Shown here: positions 60,276 to 64,000 of the stretch, one piece after another
How the letters are laid out: each line of letters begins with the position of its first letter
Position numbering within the stretch: the first letter of the stretch is position 1
DNA from: a bacterium
Lineage (GTDB): Bacteria; Bacillota; Clostridia; Lachnospirales; Lachnospiraceae
Assembly: GCA_963593905.1 (NCBI GenBank)
Contig: CAVBBL010000006.1
Span: forward strand, 6,139-70,138
DNA length: 64,000 nt
Reading direction: 5' to 3'
The notes under the pieces: model-generated
Told to the model about the DNA's origin: nothing
What the model saw: only the letters and a program-made list of their open reading frames with translations
The model's database searches: none
Position numbers and translations under genes: made by a program

Positions 60276-61820
60276 TCACAAACGCGATTTGACTATACGA
60301 ATCAATTTTTTCCAATCCGACGGACTGCATACTACTAACAAATGCAGCATCGTACCCACACCGGCCAAAACCAAGGCAGAGAGAATCAATGTCACCCAGC
60401 TATCCGGCACATACCAAAGACTGCACCGCTTAAAAACCAAGGTCATGATTACGCAGGACATCACATTTCTGAAGATAGACGGATAAAAGGTCCACCACGG
60501 CACCTCCAGTACATGCGCCATATACAGCGGATTGGTGATAAAGTTGATTACCATCATCACGACAACAGTGGTCCACACCACCGCATAGATGCCCATCTGT
60601 GTATATCGGATCAGCACATACATCCCGATAACATTGCAAAAGCCACCGATGATCGTCACGATGGTAGGAAATTTCTTTTTCAAGGTCAGCGTATAGATGT
60701 AATACAGCGGCTGCATGGGACCGCTTGGAATAGTGATCATATTATTGATCACTGTCAGTGTATAGAGCAGTGTCAGATCCTCTCCCGGAATCCAAAGTCT
60801 GTAAAAAGCCATCCCCAATGCCACAAAGCCAGCAAAAACAATATTGGAAAAACATCCGGAAAGTTTCATTGCCAATTTGAACTCACCCAGCAATTCTTTC
60901 TTATCACCCTTGGCATAGCTCTTTAGATACATAGGCTCGAATGCCTGCCCCACCAGGAGAAACATATTGCTGAACATGGAATAAAATGTCTTGGAAATCG
61001 CCAGCTGTCCCATGGCTGCAGGCGTGAGCATCAGATTACATACCAGCAAATCAAGACCACTGTTAAGAGCATCTCCCAAGGAATTCAGAGATGTCCATAT
61101 TCCATCGATCACCAGCTTGCTTATAGCAGACAGGGAAAAATATTTTTTTCTGACTTGCAGCTCCGGTGTATACTTTCTGCTGATCCATACATATGCAGCG
61201 GCCAGCAGCAGGGAGGCTGTGGCCAGTCCAAATCCCACATAATAAATATGCGGCCGGAAGAAATAAAAGCTGGCAGCCAGGATTACCGCTTCACACAGAT
61301 AAGCACCACACTTGCACCATCCCACGATGTGCAGACAGTTTCTGATATGTGCTGATGCAGCAAATCCCGTAGAGACTGTCACCAGCCAGAAATTAATAAA
61401 TACAAAAAGAAACAGAATCCTGACATCCGATAGCAGATTCTCCGGAATCACCAGCAATCTGTCCAGAAACCCTATCCCCAGCAGCGCAACGGCAAACAGC
61501 CCCGTTCCCAGCAGGAGATCTCCGTAAACCGTGGAAGAAAAGAAAGTATTTGCTTCCTTATAATCCCCCCTGTGGTAAGCCACCACAATATGTCTGGCCG
61601 CAAAGGAATTTAATACAGCCGTGATCATCATGGCATATTGGGCCACGTTCTTGCCAAGTGTAACAAAACCATATGCCTCACTTCCCAGGGCATTCGTGAC
61701 CACAGGCACCAGCAGCAGTGTGATCAGGGTATTGATCACTAAGGCACCGCCGGAGGCGATCACCGTCTGCAGCAGCCGAAAGTACTTATTTACTTTTTTG
61801 ATCGGCGCTTTTTCCACCAT
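60276..61820 (-). CDS. Wzx-like oligosaccharide flippase (MOP superfamily)
   Basis: It is 514 aa with about 14 TM helices and lies in a glycosyltransferase cluster. Confidence 0.7.
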   Translation of the reverse strand: MVEKAPIKKVNKYFRLLQTVIASGGALVINTLITLLLVPVVTNALGSEAYGFVTLGKNVAQYAMMITAVLNSFAARHIVVAYHRGDYKEANTFFSSTVYGDLLLGTGLFAVALLGIGFLDRLLVIPENLLSDVRILFLFVFINFWLVTVSTGFAASAHIRNCLHIVGWCKCGAYLCEAVILAASFYFFRPHIYYVGFGLATASLLLAAAYVWISRKYTPELQVRKKYFSLSAISKLVIDGIWTSLNSLGDALNSGLDLLVCNLMLTPAAMGQLAISKTFYSMFSNMFLLVGQAFEPMYLKSYAKGDKKELLGEFKLAMKLSGCFSNIVFAGFVALGMAFYRLWIPGEDLTLLYTLTVINNMITIPSGPMQPLYYIYTLTLKKKFPTIVTIIGGFCNVIGMYVLIRYTQMGIYAVVWTTVVVMMVINFITNPLYMAHVLEVPWWTFYPSIFRNVMSCVIMTLVFKRCSLWYVPDSWVTLILSALVLAGVGTMLHLLVVCSPSDWKKLIRIVKSRL

Positions 61821-61824
61821 CTGC

Positions 61825-62706
61825 TCAGATCCTTTCTGCCTGTAAATAACGGCTTCTCAGCCATGCAATGACATAGGGAAGCACGGTCGGGTCCAGTCCC
61901 CGTACCCCCGTGCGGCAGATATTCCACAGCATGGCTGTTCTGGCCTTTGGATTCTTCTGATAATCTCCGTAATGCAGCTCATAGATTCTGCGAAAGCCAT
62001 AGCCTACCCTTCGAAGACTGCCGGTTACATGTTCCCCCGGTTCATCATACTTATGAAAAACCACATCCTTGATGCCCCGCAGCCTGTATTTCTGCGCTAT
62101 ACGAATCCACAGCTCATAATCCTCGGCAGCCGGCTGTGTTCTGAAACCTCCCAGTTCCTTCAATACTTCCCGCCGCAGCAGCGGTGCAGATGCCGATCCT
62201 ACATAATCGGTATAGAGCATGTCCGCATACTCCGGTGCAGGATGAAACACTTCCCACTGCCAGTTATATTTCCCATCTTCTTCTCTATCCGAATCTTTAC
62301 AAATCCAGCCCGTGCCGAAGGCCAATGCCGTCTTCGGATCCTGCGCAAACAGCGGCACTAATTTCTCCACTTTATCCGCACACCATACATCATCATCATC
62401 CAGATATCCCAGAATATCTCCCTTTGCCTCCCGGGCACCGCGATTTCTCGCCTCAGAGACACCGCTGTTTTTTTCCATGGGCAGATAGTGAATCCGAGAA
62501 TCTTTTTCTGCCTCTTTCTGGATTTTCCTTTGCCACTCACTGCCCAGTCCGTTATCATCGACCAGAATCAGTTCTGTCACCGGCACTGTCTGCTGAAAGA
62601 TACTTTCCACCGCACGCTGCACGCAGTTCCAATCTCTGTGATAGGTCGTTATGACAGCGCTGACGCGCTGCATTCCTTTTTCTGTTTCTTTCAAATATGT
62701 CCTCAC
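61825..62706 (-). CDS. GT2-family glycosyltransferase
   Basis: It has VSAVITTYHRDWNCVQRAVESIFQQT, LILVDDNG and YLDDDD. The start is uncertain, either the GTG at 62706 or the ATG at 62673. Confidence 0.85.
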   Translation of the reverse strand: MRTYLKETEKGMQRVSAVITTYHRDWNCVQRAVESIFQQTVPVTELILVDDNGLGSEWQRKIQKEAEKDSRIHYLPMEKNSGVSEARNRGAREAKGDILGYLDDDDVWCADKVEKLVPLFAQDPKTALAFGTGWICKDSDREEDGKYNWQWEVFHPAPEYADMLYTDYVGSASAPLLRREVLKELGGFRTQPAAEDYELWIRIAQKYRLRGIKDVVFHKYDEPGEHVTGSLRRVGYGFRRIYELHYGDYQKNPKARTAMLWNICRTGVRGLDPTVLPYVIAWLRSRYLQAERI

Positions 62707-62828
62707 TTCTCCCCGTCTGATGCGTTACCGTCTGCCTCAGACTGGATAATCTGGCTCTCGCCCCACGACACCCTGATTACTCCGTACTTTTTGCTCTCCT
62801 CGGAGTTTTATACCTTTTGGCCCTGCTA

Positions 62829-63845
62829 TCATCCATATTGCAAAATCCTTCGTATTAGCGGAATACGGCCAAGTCCCCAGGATAAAATCCAGCAGACTGT
62901 CACCAAAAAGACCCATATCAGAAAAGCGCCAATCGGTCCCTGAGCTATGCTGCGCAGGGAAAAAGCATCCACAAGAAAGCCATGGATCAAAAAAGCGCCG
63001 AAGCCGCACCCGGCCAATCCGGTCACCTTCTCTGAAAGATGCCTTGCCGTGCGAAAGCAGAGAAAAACTGCTGCGCTGTACAAAATGACCGTAATATCAT
63101 CATACATGCAATTAGACTCCACCTGCCCGGTTCTGTAATAGCACAGATAGTATTGCCAGCTGATGCTTACAACTGCCAATACCGACGCCGCTGCCCGGAA
63201 CATCCAAGGTGCATATCGCGTAATCTCTATCCGGCTCAGCTTATAACCCAGGCAGAAATAAAAAAGCCAGGTCCACAGCCGCAGTCGCTGCGTCACATAG
63301 GACTGTACAAAGAAATTACCACCCATAACGAAAAGAACTGAGCAAAATGCCATGCCAAGACATACCGCCCCGGTCGCTATCAATACTCTGTTTAGATTTT
63401 TTTTGATCCACGCAAATCCAAAGAGCAAAATCGTATAGAGGATGGCAAAGGAATAAAGGAACCAAAGAAATGCATAATTCGTATAAGACAGAAATCCTTT
63501 TGCCATCTCTTTTAAAGCCATAAAGGGAGTAAAATCACGAAAGATCCATACATAAAGCCCGATGCAGATTCCACTCCCCAATAGCACCCGACCTATGCCA
63601 AGCATCTTTTTCCGATAATAAGCAGCATCAAAAGTCTCCCTTGCAAGAATCAAACTTCCGTTTACCATAAAAAATAAAGGCATACAGCATCTGGCCGCAT
63701 AAAAAAACACTGCATTATAGCACGGATCCGTCACCTGTTCCCTCCGCTGCGTATGCAGCGCAAAGACCATGAGCAGCGCAAATACTTTGACAGCATCCAG
63801 ATAGAGCAGCCTTTCTTTTCCGGATGATTTCTTCCTTATGTCCAT
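62829..63845 (-). CDS. Acyltransferase-3 family membrane O-acyltransferase
   Basis: The N-terminus is RLLYLDAVKVFALLMVFALH, and the protein has about 10 TM helices. Confidence 0.8.
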   Translation of the reverse strand: MDIRKKSSGKERLLYLDAVKVFALLMVFALHTQRREQVTDPCYNAVFFYAARCCMPLFFMVNGSLILARETFDAAYYRKKMLGIGRVLLGSGICIGLYVWIFRDFTPFMALKEMAKGFLSYTNYAFLWFLYSFAILYTILLFGFAWIKKNLNRVLIATGAVCLGMAFCSVLFVMGGNFFVQSYVTQRLRLWTWLFYFCLGYKLSRIEITRYAPWMFRAAASVLAVVSISWQYYLCYYRTGQVESNCMYDDITVILYSAAVFLCFRTARHLSEKVTGLAGCGFGAFLIHGFLVDAFSLRSIAQGPIGAFLIWVFLVTVCWILSWGLGRIPLIRRILQYG

Positions 63846-63846
63846 T

Positions 63847-64000
63847 CAGTGCTCATCCTCCTCTGACTCCTCAGGCAAAAAAGGTCTGCGGGGATAGCCT
63901 GAAAACTTTAACTCTGAACCGGTGCACGCCATTCCCAACATGATAAATAAAAACAATGTCAAATAACTGGAACTGGTATAGGATCTCTCCGTCAGTCCAC
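63847..64000 (-). CDS. Partial CDS (N-terminus beyond window), C-terminal TM helix plus acidic tail; function unknown
   Basis: The minus frame is open from the window edge to the TGA at 63847..63849. It reads ...YLTLFLFIMLGMACTGSELKFSGYPRRPFLPEESEEDEH. The stop lies 1 nt before the next start. Confidence 0.45.

Overview
This is a 64-kb chromosomal window from a Firmicutes/Clostridia genome. It looks Lachnospiraceae-like from gene content, which is inference only. It holds about 50 protein genes, nearly all on the minus strand. I saw no CRISPR array and no transposase, integrase or phage genes.

Gene content in order:
1. A sortase-dependent pilus operon (1-6741): coiled-coil protein, signal peptidase I, LPETG backbone pilin, class C sortase, a second sortase, a second coiled-coil paralogue, and a TM-anchored Cys/His-motif low-complexity protein that runs off the window.
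2. An AEC transporter, metNIQ, an orphan BMP lipoprotein, an ECF S-component and a GH13 enzyme.
3. A PD-(D/E)xK nuclease fused to a DinG/XPD-like helicase, with a DnaA-box cluster just downstream.
4. A degenerate HPr-like gene and gdhA.
5. A THUMP methyltransferase, rdgB, a phosphoesterase and a 7-tRNA cluster.
6. A LacI regulator plus cellobiose phosphorylase.
7. An operon of a 7TM kinase-like protein, a HisKA_3 kinase, a LuxR-type regulator and a bacterial GT6 (blood-group-transferase family) glycosyltransferase.
8. A PatB/MalY lyase, a YeiH/LysR pair, a C1 cysteine peptidase, an alanine:cation symporter, MarR-MATE, an aldo/keto reductase, and GH31 with a sugar ABC transporter and a YesM/YesN-type two-component system.
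9. A Wzx-type polysaccharide cluster (55357-64000).

The most unusual content is non-coding:
- Two inverted copies of a 269-nt GC-rich multi-stem element show compensatory base changes (21879-22147 and 36372-36640).
- A 136-nt four-hairpin modular repeat supplies the SD of downstream genes (31.5 kb, 33.0 kb, and tandem at 41.1-41.4 kb).
- Several intergenic tandem arrays have 12-15 bp units.
- At least six same-strand DnaA-box-like 9-mers form a cluster.

All calls come from reading the sequence and the ORF translations by eye. No database search was run.
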